Part shown: positions 39,886 through 49,393 of the stretch, one piece after another
Layout of the letters: each line of letters opens with the position of its first letter
How positions within the stretch are numbered: position 1 is the first letter of the stretch
NCBI GenBank assembly: GCA_963843845.1
Contig: CAWJMB010000002.1
Location: 864,001 to 928,000, forward strand
Origin: an uncultured Gemmatimonadaceae bacterium
GTDB taxonomy: Bacteria; Gemmatimonadota; Gemmatimonadetes; Gemmatimonadales; Gemmatimonadaceae
Reading direction: 5' to 3'
Length of the DNA stretch: 64,000 nucleotides
Position numbers and translations under genes: made by a program
Notes under the pieces: model-generated
The model's database searches: none
What the model was told of the DNA's origin: nothing
Seen by the model: only the letters and a program-made list of their open reading frames with translations

Positions 39886-40083
39886 TCAGGTGCGCTTGCG
39901 GCGCGCGGCGGCGCGCACACGACGCTGCGCCGCGCTGCTCTTGAGCTGCTTCGCGACACTCGGCTTCACGTAATGCCGGCGGCGGCGCACCTCGGCGAGC
40001 ACGCCGGCACGCTGAACCATGCGCTTGAACGACTTCAGCGCCCAATCGATGCGGTCGCCCTCTTCGAGCTTGATCTCGATCAT
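39886..40083 (-). CDS. rpsU: 30S ribosomal protein S21
   Basis: MIEIKLEEGDRIDWALKSFKR...AGVLAEVRRRRHYVKPS. Confidence 0.93.
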   Translation of the reverse strand: MIEIKLEEGDRIDWALKSFKRMVQRAGVLAEVRRRRHYVKPSVAKQLKSSAAQRRVRAAARRKRT

Positions 40084-40132
40084 GTCCCTTCGTGGTGGCA
40101 GTGACGAACGCCGGAAGCCGGCTCGAACGATT

Positions 40133-40166
40133 GAAAAAGGCCCCCGCGAGAGCGAGGGCCCTTCCC
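40133..40166 (-). terminator. Intrinsic terminator upstream of rpsU
   Basis: Minus strand GGCCCTCGC-TCTC-GCGGGGGCC-TTTTT. Confidence 0.65.
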
Positions 40167-40315
40167 GGACAGCGCGGCTGCGCAGCACGCGCAGGCGTCG
40201 CGCTCGTAAGATAACCGACGCAGAAGCCCCACACAATGCTCGACGATCCCGGAACTGCTCGGCCGTCAACGAGTTGCGCGGTCGTGAACCGCGCGGCCCG
40301 CGTCCGCGGCGCGGC

Positions 40316-41146
40316 TCACCGCGGCGGCACGAGGCGCAGCGTGAGGCGGTCCTCGGCCTCGATGCGGGCGGCGTCGGCGACGAGCGCGTCGAGGTCGTCG
40401 AGACGACTCAGGAAGCGCCCGGTGAGGGCGTCGGCATCGCCCCGCGCGATGCGCGCCACGAGCGCCGCCCCGTCGTCGGGCGACGCGTCGCGCCCCTCGT
40501 CGAACACCGTACGATAGTGCGGCAGCCAGGCGCGCGCCTCGGGCGTGTCGATCAGCGGCTCGGTCATCGCCGTGCGCACCGACCCCGGCTCGATCGCGAA
40601 CACGAGCACGCCGTGCGGGCGCGCCTCCGCCGCGGCGATCTCGCTCAGCCGGGTGAGCGCCGTCTTGCTCGTCGTGTAGGCCGACGTGTGCGCGATCGCG
40701 ATCGTGCTCACCCGGCTCGACACGTTCACGACGCGCCCGCGGCCGCGTGCCGTCATCCGGCGCAGCACGGCGGCCATGCACAGAAAGCAGCCGCGCACGT
40801 TCACCTCCTGCATGCGCCACCACTTGTCCGGGTCCACGACCCAGAGCGGCCCCGGTAGTCCGCCGAGTCCCGCGTTGTTGACGAGGAGGTCGATCGGGGC
40901 GACGCGGCGCTCGACGTCGGCCACGACCTGCTCGACCGCGGCGCCGTCGGTGACGTCCGCGACGTGCGTCGTCGCCGAGCCGCCGGCGGCAGTGACCAGC
41001 CCGTGCGTCTCCGCGAGCTGGTCCGCCGAGCGCGCGACGAGCGCGACGCGGGCACCGTCGGCGGCGAGGCGGAGCGCGATCGCGCGGCCGATGCCGCGGC
41101 CGGCGCCGGTGACGACCGCGACGGTGTCTGTGAGAGGGCGCGTCAT
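40316..41146 (-). CDS. SDR family oxidoreductase
   Basis: TGAGRGIG, NNAG, YTTSK. Confidence 0.93.
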   Translation of the reverse strand: MTRPLTDTVAVVTGAGRGIGRAIALRLAADGARVALVARSADQLAETHGLVTAAGGSATTHVADVTDGAAVEQVVADVERRVAPIDLLVNNAGLGGLPGPLWVVDPDKWWRMQEVNVRGCFLCMAAVLRRMTARGRGRVVNVSSRVSTIAIAHTSAYTTSKTALTRLSEIAAAEARPHGVLVFAIEPGSVRTAMTEPLIDTPEARAWLPHYRTVFDEGRDASPDDGAALVARIARGDADALTGRFLSRLDDLDALVADAARIEAEDRLTLRLVPPR

Positions 41147-41185
41147 GAGCGCATAACTTACGCACTTCTCTCACCCTCACCGCTC

Positions 41186-42337
41186 ATGCTCGTGCGACGT
41201 GACTCTCTCGCCGGTGCGGCCGTTCGCGCGTTCGCCGGCTCCCTCGCGCTCGTGACGCTCGCGACGCTCACGGCGTGCGCCGCGCGGTCGACGGCCGGCG
41301 GTCCGACGGTGGCGCACGGCGGGCCGGGCAGCGCGACCGCGTCCCCGCCGTCGTCGATTCGCCCCGACGAGGTGCGCGCCGTGATGTTCACCCTCGCCGC
41401 CGACTCGATGGAGGGGCGCGCCACGGGACGTCCCGGCTCGATGAAGGCGGCGCGCGTCATCGCCGACTGGTTCCGGCGGGCCGGACTCACCCCGGCCGGC
41501 GACAGCGGCTTCTTCCAGCGGGTGCCGATGAAGGAGCGCGAGGTGCGCAACGGCCGGCGCGGCGCGATCGGCGTCGCGTCGTTCGCGGACCTCGACACGG
41601 TGCCGCGCGAGCGGCGGCTGTACGGCGGCAACGTCGTCGGCGTGCTCGAAGGGAGCGACCCGGCGCTGCGCGACGAGGTCGTGCTCGTCGACGCGCACTA
41701 CGACCACCTCGGCGTCGGCACACCGGTTCGCGGCGACTCGATCTTCAACGGCGCCGACGACGACGGCAGCGGGACGGCGGCGGTGATGTTCATCGCGCGC
41801 GCGCTCGCGACAGGGCCCGCCGGCGCGCGCCCGAAGCGCACGATCGTGTTCGCCGCCACGACCGGCGAGGAGACGGGGCTCGTCGGCACGCGCTGGTACA
41901 TCGCGCATCCGGCGCGTCCGCTCTCGCGTACGGTCGCGAACTTCGAGATCGAGATGATCGGGCGCCCGGACTCGCTCGCCGGGGGGGCGGGGAAGGCGTG
42001 GCTCACCGGCTACGACCGCTCGACGATGGGCGACGCGCTGAAGGCGCACGGCATCCCGATCGTCGCCGACCCGCGCCCGGCACAGAACTTCTTCCAGCGC
42101 AGCGACAACATCGCGTTCGCGTACTGCGGCATCCCGGCGCACACGCTGTCGACCTTCAACCTGCACGGCGACTACCACACGCCGTTCGACGAGGCGGACC
42201 GGATGGATTACGACCACATGGCGCGCGTCATCGCGAGTGCCGTCGACGCGGTGCGGCTGCTCGCCAACGACCCGGTGCCGACGTGGAAGCCGAACGGCCG
42301 CCCGACCGCGCCGGCAGGGCGCGCGCCGCAGTGCTAG
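41186..42337 (+). CDS. M28 family peptidase, lipoprotein
   Basis: LTAC, AHYDHLG, NGADDDGSG, GEETGL, RSDN, DYH. Confidence 0.92.
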   Translation: MLVRRDSLAGAAVRAFAGSLALVTLATLTACAARSTAGGPTVAHGGPGSATASPPSSIRPDEVRAVMFTLAADSMEGRATGRPGSMKAARVIADWFRRAGLTPAGDSGFFQRVPMKEREVRNGRRGAIGVASFADLDTVPRERRLYGGNVVGVLEGSDPALRDEVVLVDAHYDHLGVGTPVRGDSIFNGADDDGSGTAAVMFIARALATGPAGARPKRTIVFAATTGEETGLVGTRWYIAHPARPLSRTVANFEIEMIGRPDSLAGGAGKAWLTGYDRSTMGDALKAHGIPIVADPRPAQNFFQRSDNIAFAYCGIPAHTLSTFNLHGDYHTPFDEADRMDYDHMARVIASAVDAVRLLANDPVPTWKPNGRPTAPAGRAPQC

Positions 42338-42345
42338 GCGACGCG

Positions 42346-42858
42346 TTGAGCGACGAGTGGCTGCCGCTCGACGCGCACCCGGTCGGGCGCATCGTCGCCC
42401 AGTATGCGCGGCGGTCGTTCGTCGCGCAGGAGCCGGACGGCGAGGGGATCCGCATCCACTACGCGCTGCGTCCGCGTGCGGCGACCGAGCTGCCGAACGC
42501 CACGGCGGCCGCGCCCGCGGAGCTCGCGGCGCGGGTCACGTTCGGCACACGCGCGATGGGCCCGCCGGGACACGCGCACGGCGGCGCGACGGCCGCGGTG
42601 CTCGACGAGGCGATGGGGCTCGCGGTGTGGCTCGCGCACCGCGCCGCGGTCGCGGCACACCTCGAGACGGACTTCCGCAAGCCGGTTCCGTTAGGCACCC
42701 CGGTCGTCGTACGCACGGAGGCCGGGCCGTCGGAGGGGAGCGGCAAGGCGCGCGTGACGGCGCGCATGGTCGGCGAGGACGGAACGCTGTACGCCGACGG
42801 GAGTGCGCTGTTCGTGCTGCTCTCGGAGCGGCACACGTTCGCGGGCGGAGGCGCCTGA
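42346..42858 (+). CDS. PaaI family thioesterase
   Basis: GPPGHAHGGATAAVLDEAMG; start TTG 42346 or GTG 42331. Confidence 0.85.
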   Translation: MSDEWLPLDAHPVGRIVAQYARRSFVAQEPDGEGIRIHYALRPRAATELPNATAAAPAELAARVTFGTRAMGPPGHAHGGATAAVLDEAMGLAVWLAHRAAVAAHLETDFRKPVPLGTPVVVRTEAGPSEGSGKARVTARMVGEDGTLYADGSALFVLLSERHTFAGGGA

Positions 42859-42912
42859 CGCGACCGCCGACCGCGAACGCCGAACGCGAACGCCGAACGC
42901 GAACGCGACCGC

Positions 42913-43833
42913 CTAACGCAGGCGGAGCGCGCCCTCGCTGACGACGACCGACGCGCCGCCGACGCGCACGGCGGTGATCGCGCCGCCTGCCTTGTCGGCC
43001 GCCAGCTCGAGGCGGCTCGGGCGCCCCATCTCGACGCCCTGCTCGACGATCCAGCGCAGGGTGCCGTCGAGGCGCGGGGTGCGCTTCGCGAGGAATCCTG
43101 CCAGCGCCGCGTTCGCCGAGCCGGTCGCGGGGTCTTCGGGGACGCTGAGGCCGGGCACGAACACACGCGCCCGCGCGTCCGCCTGCTCGGCGTCCATCGC
43201 GACGACCATGATCTCGCGGCTCCACGCGTCGGGCGGGAGGGCGCGCTCCCAGACGTCGAGGCGCACGCGCGCGCGGGCGACGGCGTCGCGCGTGCGGAGC
43301 GGCGCGATGACGAACGGCAGGCCGCAGCTCGCCGTCACCGGCGCCCAGTCGCCGCCCACGAAGTCGCCGTCGTCGAGGCCCAACACGCGGGCGAGCGTCG
43401 GCACGTCGGGCGCCGCTCGCTCCTCGGGGAGCTGCGCGACCGAGAGCTCGGCGAACGTCGGCTCGGAGCCGGTCGGCCCCGTGCGCACGACGACCGGCAC
43501 GTCGCCGACGTTCTCCTCGAGCACGATCCGCGTCTCGTCTCCGCTCGGCGCGAACGCGCCCGTCGCGAACAGCACGTGCGCCGTGCCGACGGTGGGGTGG
43601 CCGGCGAACGGCACCTCGCCGCCGGGCGTGAAGATGCGGACCCGCGCGCGCTGCGTGTCGCCTCCGCGCTCGGCGGGAAGCACGAACGTCGTCTCGGAGT
43701 AGTTGAACTCGCGCGTGATCGCGAGCATCTCGTCGGACGAGAGGCCGCGCGCGTCGAGGAGCACGGCGAGCTGGTTGCCGCCGAACTGGCGGTCGGTGAA
43801 GACGTCGGCCGTGAGGAAGTTGTAGGTGCGCAT
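42913..43833 (-). CDS. PhzF family epimerase/isomerase
   Basis: DVFT..FGGNQLAV, SETTF, EVPFAGHPTVG, EDPATGSA, QGVEMGRPS. Confidence 0.93.
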   Translation of the reverse strand: MRTYNFLTADVFTDRQFGGNQLAVLLDARGLSSDEMLAITREFNYSETTFVLPAERGGDTQRARVRIFTPGGEVPFAGHPTVGTAHVLFATGAFAPSGDETRIVLEENVGDVPVVVRTGPTGSEPTFAELSVAQLPEERAAPDVPTLARVLGLDDGDFVGGDWAPVTASCGLPFVIAPLRTRDAVARARVRLDVWERALPPDAWSREIMVVAMDAEQADARARVFVPGLSVPEDPATGSANAALAGFLAKRTPRLDGTLRWIVEQGVEMGRPSRLELAADKAGGAITAVRVGGASVVVSEGALRLR

Positions 43834-43843
43834 GGCATCTGCT

Positions 43844-44029
43844 GACGGCGGGGTCGGGACGACGGGGTCGATCCGGCGGTGACGGTGAACCGGAGCGGCG
43901 CGGTCACCAGGGCGTCGTCGGTGAGGCGCTGGCTGGACGGCGGAGAATCGATCGTCAGCGCCTCACCGACCGCGCGGCTGCGGGTCGTCGGCACCGCCGG
44001 AGCGACCCCGCCGTCCCGACCCCGCCGTC
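43844..44029. repeat. 186-bp element with 40-bp terminal inverted repeats and a nested 15-bp inverted repeat (MITE-like)
   Basis: 43844-43883 matches the reverse complement of 43990-44029 at 37/40; 43917-43931 pairs perfectly with 43956-43970. Confidence 0.8.
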
Positions 44030-44045
44030 GTCCACGAGCGGTGCG

Positions 44046-45759
44046 CTACTCCGCGTCGAGGAACGGATACCGGTAGTCGGTCGGCGACGCGAACGTCTCC
44101 TTGATCGCGCGCGGGCTCATCCACCGCACGAGGTTCAGCTTCGACCCGGCCTTGTCGTTCGTTCCCGACGCGCGCCCCCCGCCGAACGGCTGCTGGCCGA
44201 CCACGGCCCCGGTCGGCTTGTCGTTCACGTAGAAGTTGCCGGCCGCGTTGCGCAGCGCGACCATCGCCTGCGTCACCGCCGCGCGGTCGCGCGAGAAGAT
44301 CGCGCCCGTGAGCGCGTAGGGCGACGTGCGGTCCACGAGCGCGAGCGTCTCCTCCCACTTCGCATCGTCGTAGACGGAGACGGTGACGACGGGGCCGAAG
44401 ATCTCCTCGCACAACAGCCGATAATCGGGCGACCGGCTCTCGATCAGCGTCGGGCGCACGAAGTAGCCGGTCGAATCGTCGACCGTCCCGCCGGCGATGA
44501 TCGTCGCGTTCCGCCGCGCGTCGTCGAGATAGCCCGAGATCCGATCGAACGCCTTCCGGTCGATCACGGCGCCCATGAAGTTGCGGAAGTCGCGGACGTC
44601 GCCGACCTGGATCGTGTCCATCATCGCGACGCACCGGTCGCGCACGTCGGGCCACAGCGACTTCGGCACGTAGACGCGGCTCGCGGCCGAACACTTCTGT
44701 CCCTGGTATTCGAAGCCGCCGCGCACGATGCCCACCGCGAGCGCCGCCGGATCGGCCGACGGATGCGCGATGATGAAGTCCTTGCCCCCCGTCTCGCCGA
44801 CGATGCGCGGATACGTGCGGTAGCGCCCCATGTTGCGCCCGATCGTCTCCCACATGCTGTTGAACACGCCCGTGCTGCCGGTGAAGTGCACGCCGGCGAG
44901 GTCGGCGTGCGACAGCGTCGCGTCCGAGATCATGATGGGGTCGCCCGGCAGGAAGTTGATGACGCCGGGCGGCAGCCCCGCCTCGGTCAGCAGCTCCATG
45001 AGGTAGTGCGCCGAGAGCATCGCGGTCGCGGCGGGCTTCCAGACGACGGTGTTGCCCATGAGGGCGGGCGCCGTCGGGAGGTTGCCGGCGATCGCCGTGA
45101 AGTTGAACGGCGTGACGGCGTAGACGAACCCTTCGAGCGCGCGGTAGTCGAGCTGGTTCCACATCGTGTGGTCGCTCGTCGGCTGCTCGCCCAACAGGTC
45201 CTGCGCGAACTGCACGTTGAAGCGCAGGAAGTCGATCAGCTCGCAGGCGCTGTCGATCTCCGCCTGGTGCGCCGTCTTCGACTGGCCCAACATCGTCGCC
45301 GCGTTCACCGTCGACCGCCACGAGGTGGTCAGCAGTTCGGCCGCGCGCAGAAACACGGCGGCGCGGTCCTGCGAAGCTCCAGTTCGACCAGTCGCGGTGC
45401 GCTCGGTTCGCGGCGTCGATCGCGCGCGTGACGTCCTCGGGGCGCGCCTTGTGGAAGTCGGCGAGGACGTGGCGGTGGTCGTGCGGCATCACGGCCTGTC
45501 CGGTGTCGCCCGTGCGGATCGCTTCGCCGCCGACCACGAGCGGGATGTCGATGCGCTCGGTCGCCATGCTCGCGAGGCGGTCCTTGAGTGCCGCGCGCTC
45601 GGGGGAGCCGGGTGCGTAGCTGCGGACCGGCTCGTTGACCGGTGGCGGAACGGTGCGGGCGCCGGAGAATCCCGGGGCGGTGCCGCGCGCAGGGACGGAC
45701 TGAGGCTGCGCGGTCGCGGTCGCAGCGCGGGCGTGGTCGGGGGCGAGGGTCGCGGACAT
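44046..45759 (-). CDS. pruA: L-glutamate gamma-semialdehyde (P5C) dehydrogenase; frameshift near 45370
   Basis: NEPVRSYAPGS, EIDSACELIDF, PFNFTAI, FTGST, ETGGKDF, FEYQGQKCSA, EEIFGP, SGTNDKAGS. Confidence 0.93.
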
Positions 45760-45931
45760 CTCTGGTCTTGGCGCGGAGGACGGGGCGGAGGTCGCTGCGG
45801 ACAATCTAACGTCGTCGTCGGGTCGCCTCGGAACGGCGGGACGCCCTACCGAACGGCGGCGCTCACGGCGATACGGCGGGGCTGGACGGGCGGAACGCGG
45901 CGCCGTTCGCTTGCGAGTCCGCAGTCGCCCG

Positions 45932-46774
45932 TCACCCCCGCCGCGTTCGGAGCCCGTCCGCGAGCAGATTCGCGCACAGCACCGTCACGAAGATCGCCGC
46001 CCCCGGAAAGAGCCCGAGCCACGGCTCGGTGCGCATCGCCGTCTGCGCCTGATAGAGCATGCTCCCCCAACTGGCGGTCGGCGGCTGCACCCCGACGCCG
46101 AAGAACGACAGCGCACTCTCGAGCAGGATCCCGCGCCCCACCGCGAGCGCCGTCGCCACCGCCGCGACCGGCAGCACGCCCGGTACGACGTGGCGCGCCA
46201 CGATGCGCAGCGGCGTCGCCCCCGCCGCCTGCGCCGCCGCGACGTAGTCGGTGGCCCGCAGCGCGAGCACGTCCGCGCGCACGACGCGCGCGGTCTCCAT
46301 CCACCCCGCCGCGCCGACGAGCAGCACGAGCAGCGGCACGCCGGGGTCGAGCACGGCCGCTGCGATCATGAGCAGCGGCAGCCGCGGCACGGCGAGCATC
46401 GCGTCCGTGAGGCGCATGAGCAGCGCGTCGAGCCACCGGCCGGCGTAGCCTGCGGTCGCGCCGACGGCGGTGCCGACCGCCGCACTCACCACCGCGCTCA
46501 CGAGCCCGATCGCGAGCGAGACGCGGCCGCCGTAGAGCACACGCGTCACCACGTCGCGCCCCAGCTCGTCGGTGCCGAACGGGTGGGCGAGCGACGGCGC
46601 GGCGCGGCGGCGTGCGAGGTCGAGCGCTTCCGGGGCATACGGCGCGACGAGCGGCGCCGCCGCGGCGAGCACGACGAGCAGGGCGAGCGTCGCGCCGGCG
46701 ACGCGGGCCGGCGTGACCGCCGTTGGCCCGCGCGCCGTCGCTACTGACGACGCCGCGGTCATCGGGGCCGTCAT
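45932..46774 (-). CDS. Peptide ABC transporter permease (OppC/DppC-like)
   Basis: HPFGTDELGRD, ESALSFFGVG..PP..SWG. Confidence 0.92.
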   Translation of the reverse strand: MTAPMTAASSVATARGPTAVTPARVAGATLALLVVLAAAAPLVAPYAPEALDLARRRAAPSLAHPFGTDELGRDVVTRVLYGGRVSLAIGLVSAVVSAAVGTAVGATAGYAGRWLDALLMRLTDAMLAVPRLPLLMIAAAVLDPGVPLLVLLVGAAGWMETARVVRADVLALRATDYVAAAQAAGATPLRIVARHVVPGVLPVAAVATALAVGRGILLESALSFFGVGVQPPTASWGSMLYQAQTAMRTEPWLGLFPGAAIFVTVLCANLLADGLRTRRG

Positions 46775-46803
46775 GCCGCCGTCACGCCGCCGTCACGCCG
46801 CCG

Positions 46804-47751
46804 TCACGTCGCGTCACGCGTGCGCGGATCGAGCGCGTAGGTCGCGACGTCGGCCACCACGCCGAACAGCACGACAGCGGCCGAGCCGCACATGAGGAAC
46901 GCCATGAGCACCGTGTAGTCGCGCCGCGCGAGGGCCTCGGTGAACAGCCCGCCGACCCCCGGCCACGCGAACACGCTCTCCGTGACGACCGCGCCCGACG
47001 CCATGATCGACGCGTCGAGCAGCACGACCGCCGCGAACGGCCGCAGCGCGTGGCGGAGGGCGTGACGCAGCACGACGGCGCGCTCGCTCACGCCGCGCGC
47101 CCGCGCCGCGTCGACGAACGGCGCCTCCAACGACTCGCGCATTCCGGTCCGGAGGTAGCGCGACCACGCCGCCGCGTGCGCGACGACGAGCACCGTCGCC
47201 GGCAGCACGAGGTGTGCGACGCGGTCGCCGAAGCCGCCACCGAGGAACGACGCGCGCCCCGCCGACGGAAGCCAGCCGAGCGCCGTGCCGAACACGAGCT
47301 GCAGGACGAGGCCGAACCAGAACACCGGAAGCGACAGCGCGGCGACCGCGCCGACGGTCACGGCGCGGTCCGCGCCGCGGCGCACCGACGCGAGCACGCC
47401 GGCGCCGAGCGCGACCGGGACGGCGACGACGAGCGACGTCCCGATCAACTCGAGCGTCGCCGGCAGTCGCTCGATCAATCGCGTCGCGACCGGTCGCCCG
47501 TCCGCGTAGCTGTACCCCCAGTCGCCGCGCACGAAGGCGCCGAGCCACGCGACATACTGCGCGGCGAGCGGACGGTCGAGTCCCATCGCGGCGCGGAGGC
47601 GCGCGATGTCGGCGGGACGAACGTTCGGGTTGTCGAGATACAGCGACAGCGGGCCGCCGGGCGCCGCGTGGATCAGCGCGAAGACGAGGAGCGAGACGAC
47701 GAGCAGCAGCGGCACCGCCTGCGCCACGCGCCGTGCGAGGAACGCGATCAT
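46804..47751 (-). CDS. Peptide ABC transporter permease (OppB/DppB-like)
   Basis: GLDRPL..QY, ERLPATLEL, ARARGVSE, ESVFAWPGVG. Confidence 0.92.
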   Translation of the reverse strand: MIAFLARRVAQAVPLLLVVSLLVFALIHAAPGGPLSLYLDNPNVRPADIARLRAAMGLDRPLAAQYVAWLGAFVRGDWGYSYADGRPVATRLIERLPATLELIGTSLVVAVPVALGAGVLASVRRGADRAVTVGAVAALSLPVFWFGLVLQLVFGTALGWLPSAGRASFLGGGFGDRVAHLVLPATVLVVAHAAAWSRYLRTGMRESLEAPFVDAARARGVSERAVVLRHALRHALRPFAAVVLLDASIMASGAVVTESVFAWPGVGGLFTEALARRDYTVLMAFLMCGSAAVVLFGVVADVATYALDPRTRDAT

Positions 47752-47761
47752 CGCACGACCA

Positions 47762-49393
47762 TCAGGGAGTCGTCGGCGCGATCTCCCACGCCCACACGTT
47801 CCAGAACGGCCCGGCGTTCGTCGGGTTGCCGGTGAAGCCGCGCAGCGTCGTCGGCACGGCGTCGATCTTCGCCGTGTTGTACAGCACGATCTCCGGCACC
47901 AGCTCGGCCACACGCCGCTGCGCGGCCTGCAGCAGCGCCTTCCGTGCCGTCTGGTCGACGGCGCGGTCCGAGGCGTAGAGCAGGCGCGTCAGCGAGTCGT
48001 CGGCGAAGTAGTTGATGTTGCGCCCGGCCGGCGGCGTGCGGTCCTTCGCGAAGAACAGCGTGATCTCCGGGTCGGCGCCGGTCTGCCACCAGTGCAGCAT
48101 CGCGTCGAACTCGCCGGCGAACCAGACGCCGCTGATCGCCGTGCCGTCGATGAGCCGCACCTGCACGCGCACTCCGACGTCGGCGAGCTGCCGTTGGATC
48201 GCCTGCGCGACGTTCTCGCGGATGGCGAAGCCGGCCTGCGTGATCAGCGTGAACGTGAGCCGCGTGCCGTCCTTGACGCGAACGCCATCGGCGCCGAGCG
48301 CCCAGCCGGCGGAGTCGAGGAGGGCGCGTGCCGCGACGGGGTCGAACGCGTACTGCCGCACGTTCGGCTCGTACGCCCACGACGACGGCTGGATCGGACC
48401 GTTCACGACGCGCACCTGGCCGTCGAGGATCGTGCGCACGATCAGCTCGCGATCGATCGCATGCGCCAACGCCCGGCGCACCCGCAGGTCGGCGAACGGC
48501 GGGAAGTGCCGCTCGTTCAGCGTCACGTGCTCGTAGCCGCTGCCGACGACCTGGTTCAGGCGCAGCGCCGGCACGCCGCGCAGCTCGCGCACCTTGTCCC
48601 ACGGCACGAGCGCGACCATGTGGACCTCTCCCGACCGCAGCTGGTCGACGCGCGTCTGCGTCTGCGGCAGGAACCGGAACAGCACCCGCCTGATCTTCGG
48701 AAACTCGGCGCCCCGCCAGTATCCGGGCACGCGCTCGAGGAGAACGTACTCGCCCGTCTTCCACTCGGCGACGCGGTACGGGCCGGTGCCTAACGGAGCG
48801 CGGTTGTAGTCGCTCGCCGCGTCGAGGTCGCGGCCGTCGAGCACGTGCTTCGGGAGCGTGCCGCGGAAGAACTGGAACTGATACGGGGCGTAGAGCTCCG
48901 TGTAGTGCACGACCGCCGTGAGCGAGTCGGGCGTGTCGACCGACGCGATGCGGTCGAACCCGTCGGTGCTCTCCGGCTTCCAGTCGCCCTTGGTGATCGC
49001 ATCGACGGTGAACTTCACGTCGGCCGACGTGTGCGCGCGGCCGTCGTGCCAGCGCACGTTCGGGCGCAGCTTCCACGTGACGTCCATGCCGCCGTCCGGG
49101 CGCAGCACGACGCCCCCGTTCTCGACGGTCGGCACGTCGGCGGCGAGGACCGGCACGGCGCGCCCCCGCTCGTCGTTCGTCACGAGCCCCTCGACGACCC
49201 CGGTCTGGATGTCTTCGAGGATGTGCGTCGCGTAGCGGTTCATCGTGTCCGGCTCGCGGTCGTAGCCGACGACGAGCAGGTCGTTCGACGGCCCGCCGCG
49301 CGCCGCGTCCTTCGCGCAGGCGCCTGACACCCACGCGCCGAACGCGGTGACGCCGGCCGCGATCGCGGCGCGCCGTCGCGCGGACCGCCTCAT
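47762..49393 (-). CDS. Peptide ABC transporter substrate-binding protein (family 5)
   Basis: Lipobox SGAC, LRPNVRWHDG, GTGPY, DLRVRRALAHAIDR, NPTNAG..WN. Confidence 0.92.
   Translation of the reverse strand: MRRSARRRAAIAAGVTAFGAWVSGACAKDAARGGPSNDLLVVGYDREPDTMNRYATHILEDIQTGVVEGLVTNDERGRAVPVLAADVPTVENGGVVLRPDGGMDVTWKLRPNVRWHDGRAHTSADVKFTVDAITKGDWKPESTDGFDRIASVDTPDSLTAVVHYTELYAPYQFQFFRGTLPKHVLDGRDLDAASDYNRAPLGTGPYRVAEWKTGEYVLLERVPGYWRGAEFPKIRRVLFRFLPQTQTRVDQLRSGEVHMVALVPWDKVRELRGVPALRLNQVVGSGYEHVTLNERHFPPFADLRVRRALAHAIDRELIVRTILDGQVRVVNGPIQPSSWAYEPNVRQYAFDPVAARALLDSAGWALGADGVRVKDGTRLTFTLITQAGFAIRENVAQAIQRQLADVGVRVQVRLIDGTAISGVWFAGEFDAMLHWWQTGADPEITLFFAKDRTPPAGRNINYFADDSLTRLLYASDRAVDQTARKALLQAAQRRVAELVPEIVLYNTAKIDAVPTTLRGFTGNPTNAGPFWNVWAWEIAPTTP

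Noticed and set aside
42913..43833. Phenazine biosynthesis cluster
   Set aside because: Lone PhzF-family gene without other phz genes
1238..45380. Programmed frameshifting in the kinase, M50 fusion and pruA
   Set aside because: No convincing slippery site with a stimulatory structure, and indel errors are common in this assembly
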